This document shows, one piece after another, positions 24,508 to 36,107 of a stretch of 64,000 bases of DNA. The translations under genes and the position numbers were made by a program. Within the stretch, counting starts at the first letter, position 1. Every line of letters begins with the position of its first letter. The DNA comes from Amphiscolops sp. MND2022 (lineage: Eukaryota), in contig OZ076409.1 of NCBI GenBank assembly GCA_964187785.1, positions 12,898,001 through 12,962,000 on the forward strand, read 5' to 3'. The notes beneath the pieces are model-generated. The model did no database searches, was not told where the DNA came from, and saw nothing but the letters and a program-made list of their open reading frames with translations.

Positions 24508-24697
24508 GTATCTTATCGTGACTGGGAGTGTGTATGGACGACCCATAAAAGGTCAGTACGAAGTGGCAGCCACTAAGCGGGAATCGAGAAACTGCTATTG
24601 GAAGACATCCGAGGGCGCTTACATCAAACCAGACGATGGGCCCACTAAAGTACTCAACAATGACGATGACGATGATAGTGAACATGATGAGCTGTGA
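24508..24697 (+). CDS. SDF2L1: SDF2/SDF2L1 exon 5, C-terminal HDEL ER-retention signal
   Basis: YLIVTGSVYGRPIKGQYEV...WKTSEGAYI...HDEL*; spliced CDS totals 693 nt (230 aa). Confidence 0.95.
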
Positions 24698-26168
24698 ATC
24701 AGTCCATGCCTTACTTAATAAGAATCTTCCAGAGAAACGTTTTGTCATAAAACTTTGGGTCAAAATTGCCGATATTAATATTCCGATCTTGTTGAAAGGG
24801 TGATGAGCTGTGAAGTTTTCTGGTTGGATGTTTCTATTGATATTTCCATATCTTACCACTGATTCACATAGCGGTGTTCCTTCATTTTTGTGAGATAAAT
24901 GTATATTGTGTTTGATTCAATATCTATTGTGTTTAAATTATTATATAATTTAAATTAGTAATAAATGTACAGAAAAAATGTTCAACATAAGATGTTTTTG
25001 ACCATGATTTTTTGAAAAGCTGTTCAAGAGAATACTGGAAAACTCCGAAATAGTGGTGAACTTATTGAACATGAAAGCAGGTTACAAATCGGTCAAACAC
25101 GGATTGCTATCGAAATTCATACCAGCTCCAAGTTGTCCATTATTACTTTCCGTACTTATTCCACGTCGGAAAAGAATTGATCTCTCTGCTATAATTTTTT
25201 GTCAAATTTTTATTTCATACTAAAAAATAAAGCTTTTCCGCAGAGTTCAACGACCAAAAGGGTTTCTAAACCGAATAAAGACCGTGCGCATTATCACAAT
25301 TCCCACATGCCCGTATTGAGGGCGTCGAGAAAATTTACCTAGGGAGTTGCCTAGCTTGAAAGCCCTTTCTCGTCAAAAATGGCGCCAATAGATGACTCGG
25401 CAATCGCCGCTGGTCGGTGACTTCTCAATATGCGGCCTCTTAGACAGGGGAATGGGGCTTCGTGAATGATCACAACTGTCTCTGAGCATCCGAGTAACTT
25501 TCTGAACCTTTTTCGTTGGTTTCTGCTGTAAGTCTGGTAATTTATTTTGTGGCCGATGGCTCAGCGCCACCACCAGCAAGAACCAGTGGGTTCTATTTGC
25601 TTTTATATGCATTAGTGATTCTAGACTTGTGTGTCAACGTATAAGTTTTGTGAAATATGGACACATTTGGAGAGCAGCTTCAAAATTTGACATCAAAAAC
25701 GAGAATCCTCAAGTCTTGCGTCGTCGTCAGTTTTATAAACGAAGGACTCACCTAGTGACCGAAGCTCACTCTCAATTTTAGCATCAGAGCAAACTTCCAT
25801 TGTTACTGCAAATTGAATTCGAGAAATTTTCGAAGAAATATTCGATCAAATTGTTCAATCTCAACAGTTTCGTCGTTCCTTGTTGAAAAAAATTAACCAG
25901 ACCATCTCCTCTGGTGAAAATTTTGAATGTTGTACCAGTTCAACGAGTTATTGAGTTTGGCCTTCCAGGCATAGACGAATGTATCAAGCATAGGTTGAAA
26001 ATTTGTCATTAATGCGATATGTGGATTGTTTCTCAATTGTTATCTCATTACCCCAGCAGGATGTCAATGAATTTTCGAATATTTGTGATTTCTAAGGATT
26101 TTGACGAATTCTAACTTCCCAAACATTATACTTGAGTTAATGCGGGGAATTTTGAGGTACTTCAAAAG

Positions 26169-26409
26169 CAGGGTTTCGATATCGCTAATTTTTCTCGCTA
26201 AACCGCTAATGGCAAAATCGGTATTTCGCTAAACGTTTTCTTCAAACTATCAAAAGTGTGACTTCGAAAGTGAAATGTGAAACCAAATAACGATTTAGTT
26301 TTAAGACGATCTATTAATTGTCGCTAATTTGAATCGCTAATAAAATCGCTGGAAAATTCCGAAGTGCCACTATTTCGCTGAATGGCTAATTAGCGGTATA
26401 AAAATTCTG
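26169..26409. mobile_element. Small MITE with imperfect CAGGGTTTCGATATCGCTAATT TIR and internal CGCTAA motifs
   Basis: Right end AATTAGCGGTATAAAAATTCTG approximates the reverse complement of the left end; no TSD found. Confidence 0.5.
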
Positions 26410-26450
26410 CTGAAGAATCAAATTTGTCTTTGATGACTTTTCAGAGGGAA

Positions 26451-26646
26451 ATGAGTTCTGTTGCAGTAGGTCGTGCTCTAGGCAGACTGTCAGTAGGGTC
26501 TACAGCCTTGTTTGTTTGTGACATGCAAGAGGCATTCAAGAAAACTATCCAATACTACCCCGAGATCATCAAGAACACCTGTCGACTGATCCAGGCTGCC
26601 CAGCTGCTCGATATGCCTATTATTGTAACAGAACAGTACCCCAAAG
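26451..26646 (+). CDS. ISOC2: Isochorismatase domain-containing protein (ISOC1/ISOC2-like), coding exon 1
   Basis: LGRL...STALFVCDMQE.F...IIVTEQYPKG; G|GTTGTA donor. Confidence 0.9.
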
Positions 26647-26679
26647 GTTGTACCCTGTTTACTTCTTTGTCGACTTGGT

Positions 26680-27745
26680 TATTAGTCGGCGCTTTTCTAG
26701 TGAAAATGCCCGACTATTACAGTGGCTAGTTTTTAGTCGGCGCATTTTCCTTTAAGGAAAAAAGCCCGACTATTACAGTGGCTAGTTTTTTTTTCTTTTT
26801 TTTCGTCAAACGACAGAGCTCATCGCGTATGTACCACTTTTTACAGAAACTGATAAGTTCACTCAGGCCAAGTTCGACCAATGCAAACTTACTGCAAAGG
26901 GTCCGCCTTTCGTTTTTTACCTTGTTTACGTAATCTACAAAACCGGAAAACTCCAAAGGGTCCCCCTTTTCATTTTTCGGCACTATGCGACGTTTTCGAA
27001 GTTTTTTTTTCAAAAAAAAATTTCAATTTTTTTGTTTCCAGTTGGGAAAAGTGATTTTCCAGTCATATCGAGCATGAAAGGCACACTTTGGGTGTCTCGA
27101 AAGTGTTTTCAAAGCTTTTCATGAATACATTCTGGGCATATTTAGAAAACTGCGCTTTTTGGGCCTTAGATATAGCGCCGACTTTAGACGTTCCCGTCTT
27201 GATTCTTTTTTTCGTCGGACCAAATAGCTCACCCTGTATGTACCACTTTTTGTGCATTATGCACTTTTACCAAAAAAACTCAGTGCTTGATTGTGAACGC
27301 ATCCAAAAGCCTCTAACTTAAAATCCAGAAATACAAAACCCAGAAGGGTCCCCCCTTTCCAATTTTTCGGCACTGAGACTTTCTCTGCCCCTTTTTCGGC
27401 TTTGTGAGACTTTTTTTCGAATTTTTTAAAAGTCTTCAAAGGGTCCTCCCTTCTACTTTTTTGGTGTTTTGCAACTGAATGAATGTTGAAAAAGCCTAAA
27501 GGGCCCCCTCTTACATTTTTCGGCACTATGAGACTGTTAAAAATTCTCATTTTTTCGGAAATTTTTAAATTTTTTTTCGAAATTTTTCAATGTCTCCGAA
27601 AGGTCGCTCCTTCATTTTTTTGATATTTTGCAGCAAACTGGATTTTCAAAAAGCCCAAAGAGGGGGACTTCTACAATTTTAAAAATTTTGCGCTTTTTGA
27701 GCCTTGGATATGGCGCCGACTTTAGACGTTCCCGTCTTGCTTTTA
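26680..27745 (+). mobile_element. Composite of nested or tandem Helentron-like non-autonomous elements in ISOC intron 1
   Basis: Two TTAGTCGGCGC...CCGACTA 5' hairpins (26682, ~26733); two 3' ends GCGCCGACTTT-AGACG-TTCC-CGTCT (~27176-27200, ~27714-27738). Confidence 0.7.
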
Positions 27746-28433
27746 TTCATGTAGCGGATTAGTGAATTAGGTTGCTTGTAAGCGGAAGCGCAAAAGAAGC
27801 GAAAGCAACGTAATATCCGAATAAGCACCGACAGCGAAAGACATGACTGAAATTTCCGTTTATCTGATTGGTCGGAAATTTTTGCTAATTTGGAAACAAA
27901 AAGTGTCCAACCATTACTGTGGCAAATTTTTTGTACTGGGCGTTTCACCCGATACCAGTACAACTGAAAGTGTTGTCTCTTGTGGTAGTTTGAGAAAAGG
28001 GAATAACAAATGGAAATTTCCAAAAGTTCGAAATTGCAGCTTTTGGAAACGTAATTTCGATGAGCCAAAGTTTAATTCCAAGTCATAAGCGATAAGCGAG
28101 GTTTTTGTAAAGCCTAGTTCACTGGTAGCAATTGGTATATGCGATTACGTTGCACTTTCAGAGTGAAGATGGAAAATTCAAAACATTTAGCCCCTCAAAA
28201 AATTAACGAAGCTCGGAGAGTTCCTCATGAATAATCCTACTGACACAGGAAGGACAAAATGCTGAATTAAAATATTGTTGTTGTTTCTGACAGGCGTAAA
28301 ATTTGTGGGAACATTGAAAAGAGGAGAAACCATGATTTAGCTCATATAGATTAGAAGTATTTCTGAAAAAAAAACATGCGATCAAATCTGAATCATTTGC
28401 TGATGTTATAACTTTTTTGTTCAAATGTTTCAG

Positions 28434-28695
28434 GATTAGGCCACACAGTGGACGAAATCAAGTCAGCCGTTCCCGAAAGTGCCAAGTTTTTCGACAAAAC
28501 GTTGTTTTCCATGTGTCTGCCAAGCATTGAGGAAATTTTGAGTAGCCGTGATGGCAAGGAACCAGTGACTGATATCATTCTCACCGGAATAGAATGCCAC
28601 GTGTGTGTTCTACAAACCACTCTGGACTTGCTATCCAAAAACTACAATGTACACATTGCTGCCGATTGCGTGTCTTCCAGAAGCTTGGTCGACAG
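28434..28695 (+). CDS. ISOC2: ISOC1/2-like, coding exon 2
   Basis: GLGHTV..KTLFSM..ILTGIECHVCVLQTTLDLL..VHIAADCVSSRS; TTTCAG acceptor, AG|GTTGGT donor. Confidence 0.92.
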
Positions 28696-29539
28696 GTTGG
28701 TATTCTGGTCACGTGACGTAGAAATCAATTATTCACGTTTCCAAACGGATGTAATTGTTTATGAAGATGCATAAATATCTCCTTTAAAATTAAAAACGTC
28801 GGCATTTTTTTTCCGGAATCTGAGTCCCCGAACATTTTGTAAAAACTGTAAATAATCCGTCCCTCTAGACAATTTTGTCAGCAAAACTTTTCATTAAATA
28901 CCGTGCGATTTCGATGAATGTACAATGTTTATGTTCAATTGTGATAAAGACCTCGTTGAAAATTGTAGAAAAAGATTGCGAATGATTGAAGCTCTACATA
29001 GCTGAATTCTTCAATTTCATGTAGATTTCCTCAAAATTTGAACTCAATCGTGAATAAAGTAGAACTTTCATTCACATAAGTGGTAGTGCTCCAAAATGCA
29101 GTTTCAAAATGTTATTCGATCAGCCATTACAACAAAAATTAACATAAAATCCTTTTCCTTGATGTTATCATTTTAAATTTCCTATTCGGTCCCCAAAAAT
29201 GATTCTTCAGCAGAAATTAGACGGTAACTTCCCAAGACTAGGACAAAAGCTAACCAATACGGAGAATTCTTCGGTTTCATACGGTTCTGAGTGCGAGTAA
29301 AGATGTGAAATAGTAAAATGTGAAGTTTTTCATCTCGGAAAATTTAAAAACTTGTCATTGTAAGAGTGGGTACTTTTACAAAAAGAACCGACTAAACCTT
29401 GTTGTCGGATCCGGCTCTTATTTTTTTCCTCGAGCCAAACAAAAATCTGTTTGGCAAGCAATCCAGAGGTAATTGTAATTTTGTTCAATTGTAAGTCAAA
29501 ATTATTTTGTACTTGAATTTACGTTCCCCCTTATTCCAG

Positions 29540-29723
29540 GAAGTTTGCGATGAAAAGATTTCCTCAAATTGGAGCGTTTGTATCAACGAGCGAAAGCTTA
29601 ATGCTTCAATTATGTAAAGATTCGAAGCATCCGTCTTTCAGAGCTCTGCAAAAATTGATCATGGAGCCTTGCGCTGACACCGGACTACTTCTGAGCAAAA
29701 AGAACGATGAACGACTCTCTTGA
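29540..29723 (+). CDS. ISOC2: ISOC1/2-like, coding exon 3
   Basis: RKFAMKRFPQIGAFVSTSESLMLQLCKDSKHPSFRALQKLI...*; spliced CDS 642 nt (213 aa). Confidence 0.9.
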
Positions 29724-30272
29724 AGTTCAAACTTGAAAGACATTCTATAAGATGTGAAAAACTGTTTATGGCTAATTGTATTCCTATTGGTGCTAATCGC
29801 TTGTTATATATGGAATTTATTTTTCTGGCTTTAATCTTCTATCGCTGTCTTCTCTATCTAGCTGCGGTCAATCAAATGTTGCAACAACGAATTGTATGTT
29901 TTGACTACAACAGATAATTTTGTTGCTGAGGCCACAGTTTTAAGGAAAAGCCTATGACTAATGGGAATTCGAAAAGGAGATTTCGGACTAATTTGCTATC
30001 AAATAATACAGAGATAACGAAATGCACAAATCCAAGATTCTTTTACTTGAATAAACAGAGGAGGAAATTCTCTCCCATTTAGCTACCACAACCAGCAATG
30101 ATAAGTCAGATAGTTGATAAGTTCTCTTTTCGACACCTTTGGTGATTATTCGAGAATAAAACAATGAATCGAATGGCCATCAAAACTTTCAATTTGTGAC
30201 GTCTCAGCTCATCATCCAATATTGATTGAATCTAGGAGTTCATGTGAAAATTTCAATTTCAAATACCAAAAC

Positions 30273-30643
30273 TAAGCTCCGCAGACTTTCACTCGGCGTG
30301 TAATCGCGTGAATTATTGCTCAATCAAATTTCAGCGTGTCACCGAAAATAAAAGCGTGAAATGAAAGCGTTTTTTCCAAAATTAGGTAATATTAGCTGAA
30401 ATTGAAAAAATACCGAAAACCAATTTTGTTTGTCAAAATTTTAATTTGTCGTTTCCTAATTAGCAACGAAACAGCAGCTGAAAATTCTGACAACTAAGTC
30501 AAAATTTAGATTTTGAAACAAAAAAATTGTTCATTTTCTGTCAATGCGAAACGAACTTTTTTTCCAATTTTGGACCGGATTAGCGTGACACTGAAGCGAG
30601 CGTATACCTTAATGATTCTTCCGCGTGAATGTCTGGGGAGCAT
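30273..30643. mobile_element. MITE-like element with long imperfect TIRs
   Basis: TAAGCTCCGCAGACTTTCACTCGG vs reverse complement of CCGCGTGAATGTCTGGGGAGCATA. Confidence 0.5.
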
Positions 30644-31369
30644 AAACAAAACAACCTTGATTTGTAAGCAACTGTATCGCCCATTTTCGTCACAGTGGAC
30701 GAGCAGAATCACATGCAGTTAACGTTAGTTATCGAACTGAAATCAAATATGTGAGAGATTAGGTTGTAAAAGAATGGTGGGGGTTCTTTCACCCTGGATG
30801 CACTCGATCTTGGGCTCTGGTGCAAAAACTGCTCGAAAAAGTTGCACAGTGCTGAAAAGATCTAACGACGGACCCTTTGGCCTTGTCTGTCATTGTCAAC
30901 AGTGAACACACAAAATAGATGCCCTGCTTGTAAGTTTTAAGCATGCAACTACTGAGAAACTCGTTAACATAACAGTACCAAAAAATACCCAAACGGGGCC
31001 TTTTCAGACTCGAAAAACGCTTTTTCTTATTAACTGAAAATCAAAACCACTTTGAGAAGAAAAATTCGCGCAGACATCTGCTGTAACCAACGAGAGATTT
31101 AAAGACTCAGCCAGTTAGTTCGCAGGTGGTCATTTTAAAAAGCCACTACTGTAGTATACGTCTAAAAAACTTTAGCGAGAAATTGGAAAACGTCGTCGCC
31201 GGTTTCATTACTACCGGGTAACGAGTTTCATCGTCAGAGAGCATAACCTCGAACTGCAGATTTTTAGTAAAGATAGTAAAGAGTCACACAAAATGCTTAC
31301 ATGAAAAAACCTTTGGTGGTCTTTCCCAAACAGCCAATGAAATCGAAATCACTTCTTTGATACCAATAT

Positions 31370-32610
31370 TTTTAGGTCGGCACTTTTTGTTGATTAGAAT
31401 CGTCAAAGTAATAATGACTACAGTTTTTAGTCGGTGCTATTTTACAGTTCCAAACTATGCCTCAAGGGATACGCATAGGACTCGAAAGTCACTCTTTCCA
31501 CAACTGGAGACAACAAAACCTTTTAAAAAACTAAAAATTGGAAAAATTAGATTTTTTTCGATTTGTTTGAAGTCTCCGGTAAGTCGCATAGTGCCGAAAA
31601 ATGTAAAGGGGGACCCTTTGGGATTTCTTGAACATCCATTCTGTTGCAAAATATCAAAAAATTGAAAAAGGATCCTTAGGAGACACTTACAAAAGTTTGC
31701 GAAAAAAGTCTCACAAAGCCGAAAGAACACGCACAAAAAAATTTTGGTCTTGGGAGACTCGAACCCACGTCCTTCTGCTTCCCAGACCTCGAAAATCCTG
31801 ATTAAATTCTATGCAGTAGTGGCAGTAGAAGTTACAAGTTTAGTGTGGCAGTTAGGGGAAGCACTTGCTTATAAAGCTTATGAAATCTGTCACGTCGTTA
31901 CTCTTGAAAAAAGCCAGTGCTATAGTCTGCGTTTTCTACGAAAAACGCCGACTAAAATATCGGGATTGGCCAAAGTCGGCGCTATATCTAAGACTCGAAA
32001 AGCGCAACGTTTTTAAAATTGTAAAAGTGGGGACCATTTGGGCTTTTTGTAACTCCACTTTGTTGCAAAATATTGAAAAAAATAAAGGGGAATTCTTTGG
32101 AGACATTAACATTTTTTAAAAAGTCTCACAGCGCTGAAAAATTGAAATGGGGGACCCTTTAGTCTCATCCAGTTTTGTATGTTAATTGAGAATTTCGAAC
32201 AGTGTCACAGTGCCAAAAATGTAAAAGGGGGACCCTGTGGGATTTTTCAACATTCATTCTGTTGCAAAATTGGAGAGGGACCCTTTGATGCATTCCAAAA
32301 ATTTTCAAAAAAAGTCTCCTAGTGCCGATGAAAATCCGAGTGGAAAACACCGGAGGGGGGTATTTTCCTCAGAATGTTTTAGAGGTTCTGGACGTCTATG
32401 TTTTTGTTTTGGACGAAGTTCTGGCGTTTCGAGTATGTTTTGAACGTCCGTAGTTCAAGCTGATGTTGTTGAACAAATGAAGAAAAAGTGAAACTTACGC
32501 GTCTAAAAAATTACCTATGCAAGAGTCGGGCACTTTCCTTCGAAAGCGCCCTTTAAAAAACTACCCACTGTAAGTGTCGGGCATTTTTCTTCAAAACCGC
32601 CGACTAAAAA
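31370..32610 (-). mobile_element. Cluster of Helentron-like non-autonomous elements
   Basis: Several AGTCGGCGC / CGCCGACTAAAA ends and the shared GGGGGACCCTTTG core; tRNA B-box-like piece at ~31752-31770. Confidence 0.65.
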
Positions 32611-32647
32611 AGTACATGACTCTTGCATCTACATACTACCCTTGAAC

Positions 32648-32905
32648 AGTAAAAAAAGTCCCCTTCGACAATAACACAACCGATACCGGATTTAACACAA
32701 ACCGGATATAACGAATTCCGGATATAACGTATTCCGGCTGAAACAATTCTTGGAGAATTTGCCAATGTTACAAAAGTGTGTCCCTTTATATTTTTTAATT
32801 TTACCGGATTTAACGCAAACCGGATATAACGACACAACCCATAACCGATTTAACACAAACCGGATATAATGAATTCCGGATATAACGTATACCGGATATA
32901 ACGTT
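32648..32905. repeat. MITE-like fragment with repeated CCGGATATAACG / GGATTTAAC motifs
   Basis: Five or more copies of GGATATAACG; related motif at 48010-48105. Confidence 0.5.
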
Positions 32906-33229
32906 TCTTATTTTTTAAAGACAGACAAAGTGACAGATTTTTATCAATTTTGTATCAATTTTGTTCAATTGGTTTAATTTGCAGACAACTTAGAACATAC
33001 ATCTAACACTTACATAATTTTGGAAAAAAACGTTTTCAAAGTTCGAATTGAACGTTTTCATTTCTCGTATAACGTTATCAATTTTTCCCCAAAATTTCAG
33101 ATAATATGCGACCAATGTAAAGCTTTAGGGTTAGGTTTTCACTACTATAAAACTTTTTTGAATTTTAGAATTTTAGAAAAATCTTTATTCAACAAGTGAT
33201 GCTAAAACTGCTAAAACTACATTTTGTGC

Positions 33230-33428
33230 CTTGTCTTCAAAGGGTCCCCCTTCAATTTTTCTGATATTCTGCAGCAGAATGGATAATAAAATATCGCAAG
33301 GGAGCGCCAATTTGGTCCAACTTTTGGGCTTTTCCGACACTGTAGAAAGTAATACTTGACACTTTGAAGTCCTTTTGCTGTTTTTGAGCCTTAGGAGTGG
33401 CGCCGGCTTGGGCCATTCCCTGCTTGTT
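33230..33428 (+). mobile_element. 3' fragment of Helentron-like element
   Basis: AATACTTGACACTTTGAAGTCCTTTTGCTGTTTTTGAGCCTTAGG..GGCGCCGGCTTGGGCC matches other copies. Confidence 0.65.
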
Positions 33429-35076
33429 CTCCAGTAATTACAACTTAAATCATCAACAGACATGATGCATTTTACAACTCGAGTGTCATTTGCTGACTCA
33501 AGGAAACGTTCACCTTACGTTTAGTTGTGTCAGCAATGCAACCAAACCTCACTACATGTGTGACCATTTTGAGATCGTCGTTCTCACCAAATTCAGTTTA
33601 ACTTTTTTGTGGCTTTTTGTTTAATTGATAATCCAACATCAAGTTTTTCCATTCCTTATACTTCCTTTTCCTCGAAAACCGTTTTTTGTAAAAATCAATA
33701 GTAAAAGAATCCGAATAAAACAAAAATTTGATATAGTTGCAAATCGAGAAAATTGATTGAAGCTAATGGCAGGTTTCAGATCATCTATCATTGGAACTCA
33801 ATAGGCGTGATCAAAACGGTGTCAGGAAATTTCATCTTATGCGATTTCAACTGTTGCCATTTCAACAACTCACAATTTCATACTATTGCATATTCAACCT
33901 TCTTCAATTTCGACCTAAACTAATTTTGGCCTATGGATCCTAAGATGATAAATGATCATTTTAGGCGGTTTTGATTTTCATTGTTAAGTGATTATAGTTC
34001 ATGAACTGGTGGTTTTGAAAAACAAGCTTAATCAACAAAGAATTATAAGTCGGAATTTACTTCCACTTCACTTTATGAAGTTAATATGCGAGTTCGAACA
34101 AGAGTAATTACAAGTCTCAATTAAGTCTAATTCATGAACACTTAGTTCGTTTTTCTTCTTTTTTATAGTTTGAAACCTTAAAGTAGTCTCGTACTCAAAA
34201 TTTTCGCGACTGTGCTTTCCTACACTTCAACAAATGTCGTCTCAGGCGTGAGTTCGGATGGAAGGACGTTATTTCTGCGGCTCGGGAGAAAAGAGTGGTT
34301 TGGTCCAGGAATATGTAAATTGAACCTTTCTTTTAATTTATAATGAAGGTGTAATAAATGTCACTCATACAGAAGCAAAGTGCACAAATCAGCATGAATA
34401 AAATAAATATAATTAAATCAAACTCAAATTCTATCTTTGAAAAATACGAGTTGTTAGAAAGAAAATAGGCTATTTAATTGTTTTTGTGTTTTACCAGATC
34501 AAGAGGTGAAGCCTCTTTATAAGATGCAGCGATAGCTTGCAATGGTGTTTATAGTCCACCGATTGTCACGGACTGAAAAGAGAACGAGTTGCTACTCTTG
34601 ATTACAGAACAACAGATTGTTGTACCAGTTTTGTAGAGTGTTATACGGCTACTCTTTGTCTCAAGTTGAAAACAGTTTGACTCGAAGAGTCACACAAACC
34701 TAAGTTATTTAGGGGAGCGCTCTCTTATATTCCAGTTGAAGCTGCGGTTTTGGTTTAAAGTCAGTATATCTACCAGAAATTGGTTTAAAGTCCACTGTAA
34801 ACCAAGGACTATTCAAATCTCCGCTAACCAAAGACAGTATGATACCTTTGGTTCAAAGCAATAGTTAATTGAAAATCTGATGAAAAGGAGAGTTGCTTTG
34901 CGATGAAAGCAGCTATTTGTTTTGGTTTTAGATCGAATATAGTAAGGACTTAGCTTGCCTTTACTTGAACGCAGAATTGAAAGTAGTCAAAACTGATTTA
35001 AGATTTTAGTTGCTTCAATATGAAGGCAAAGTTGAAAAGCTTACGACTTAATTTGTTGTGGCTCGAGAAATATTCC

Positions 35077-36107
35077 AAGATAAAATTGGTTTAGCTTGAA
35101 AGCAGGTTGGCCAATCGCCTGAGATAAAATTGTTTCACTTAGAAAGCAGGCTTGACAAATATTCTACGATAGAATTGCTTTCGCTTTGAAAGCAGAACTG
35201 AACATCAGCCGAAGATAAAATTGCTTTCAATTGAAAGCAGGGCTGAGAAATATTCCAAGATAATAATGCTTTACTTTTAAAGCAGAAGTGAAAATCAGCC
35301 TCAGATAAAATTGCTTTAACTTTGAAAGCAGAACTGAAAATTATTTACACAAAATTGAGCCAAAACTAGTGGTGGTTTTTAGAATTACAATTTAGGTTTT
35401 AAAAAAAAGTTGAAATTAAAATTAAAGAGCTAAAGAGTTAAAAAGTTAAGTGAAAGACTTAAAGGAAAATGAAAGATGAGGCAATAAGCACTAAAACAAA
35501 ATATGCTAAGGTTAAAGTTAAAGTTAAGAAAAGGTCTTTGAAAAAATGAGAGCTCCAAAAAAATTTAAAAGTTTAACTGACAAATGTTGCGCCGCGCTGA
35601 TGACAGGGATTGAACCCGTGAATAAAGATTGTAGCGTGGAAGATAAATGCTTTACCAAGTATGAATTTTGCCAAATGAAGAGCTCTGAGAGTTGAAACTT
35701 TGGTCCGTATTTATACCAACTTTGACCGCTTCGTCAACCAATAAAATTCAAACACAATCGTGATTAGCTGACGAGCATGACGTAATATGACGTCAAGTCA
35801 TATGACCTGACAAACGAGATCAATTCGCGTGTGTATTTCGTAGACGAAGCGTCCACGAGAGAATAACGTCATTTGACGTCATGTGGTATGACCAATATTG
35901 AATATGTGCAGTGTCTCAGAACAATGAGGATGAACATGTTCGAGCGTGATCAGAGTTCAGCGCTGGAGGGAAGGTTAAAAGAGTATAAGTTAAACTGTGC
36001 TTGTTATAAAATTAAATGCATGAAGTTTTAAAACAGTTATACAAAGTCTTTTTGGTTTTTCTCAGTTAGTTTCTTTTCATTTTGTTTTCCAAGAGTCGCA
36101 CACGACA
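35077..36107 (-). repeat. 3' LTR, alignable part (may extend left to TGTCGT at 34235)
   Basis: Colinear with 49647-50500; ends ...CACACGACA (TGTCG on -). Confidence 0.8.

Noticed and set aside
30789..30992. Possible isolated exon or small gene
   Set aside because: No recognisable motif and no consistent partner exons found
34230..34240. TSD defining the outer ends of the large LTR element
   Set aside because: Bases left of TGTCGT (34235) do not match those right of 50500, so the left boundary remains unconfirmed
34730..35345. Repeat-spacer-like hairpin array as a CRISPR array
   Set aside because: Eukaryotic LTR context, no cas genes, and the variable parts are short and related to each other (alternating dimer)
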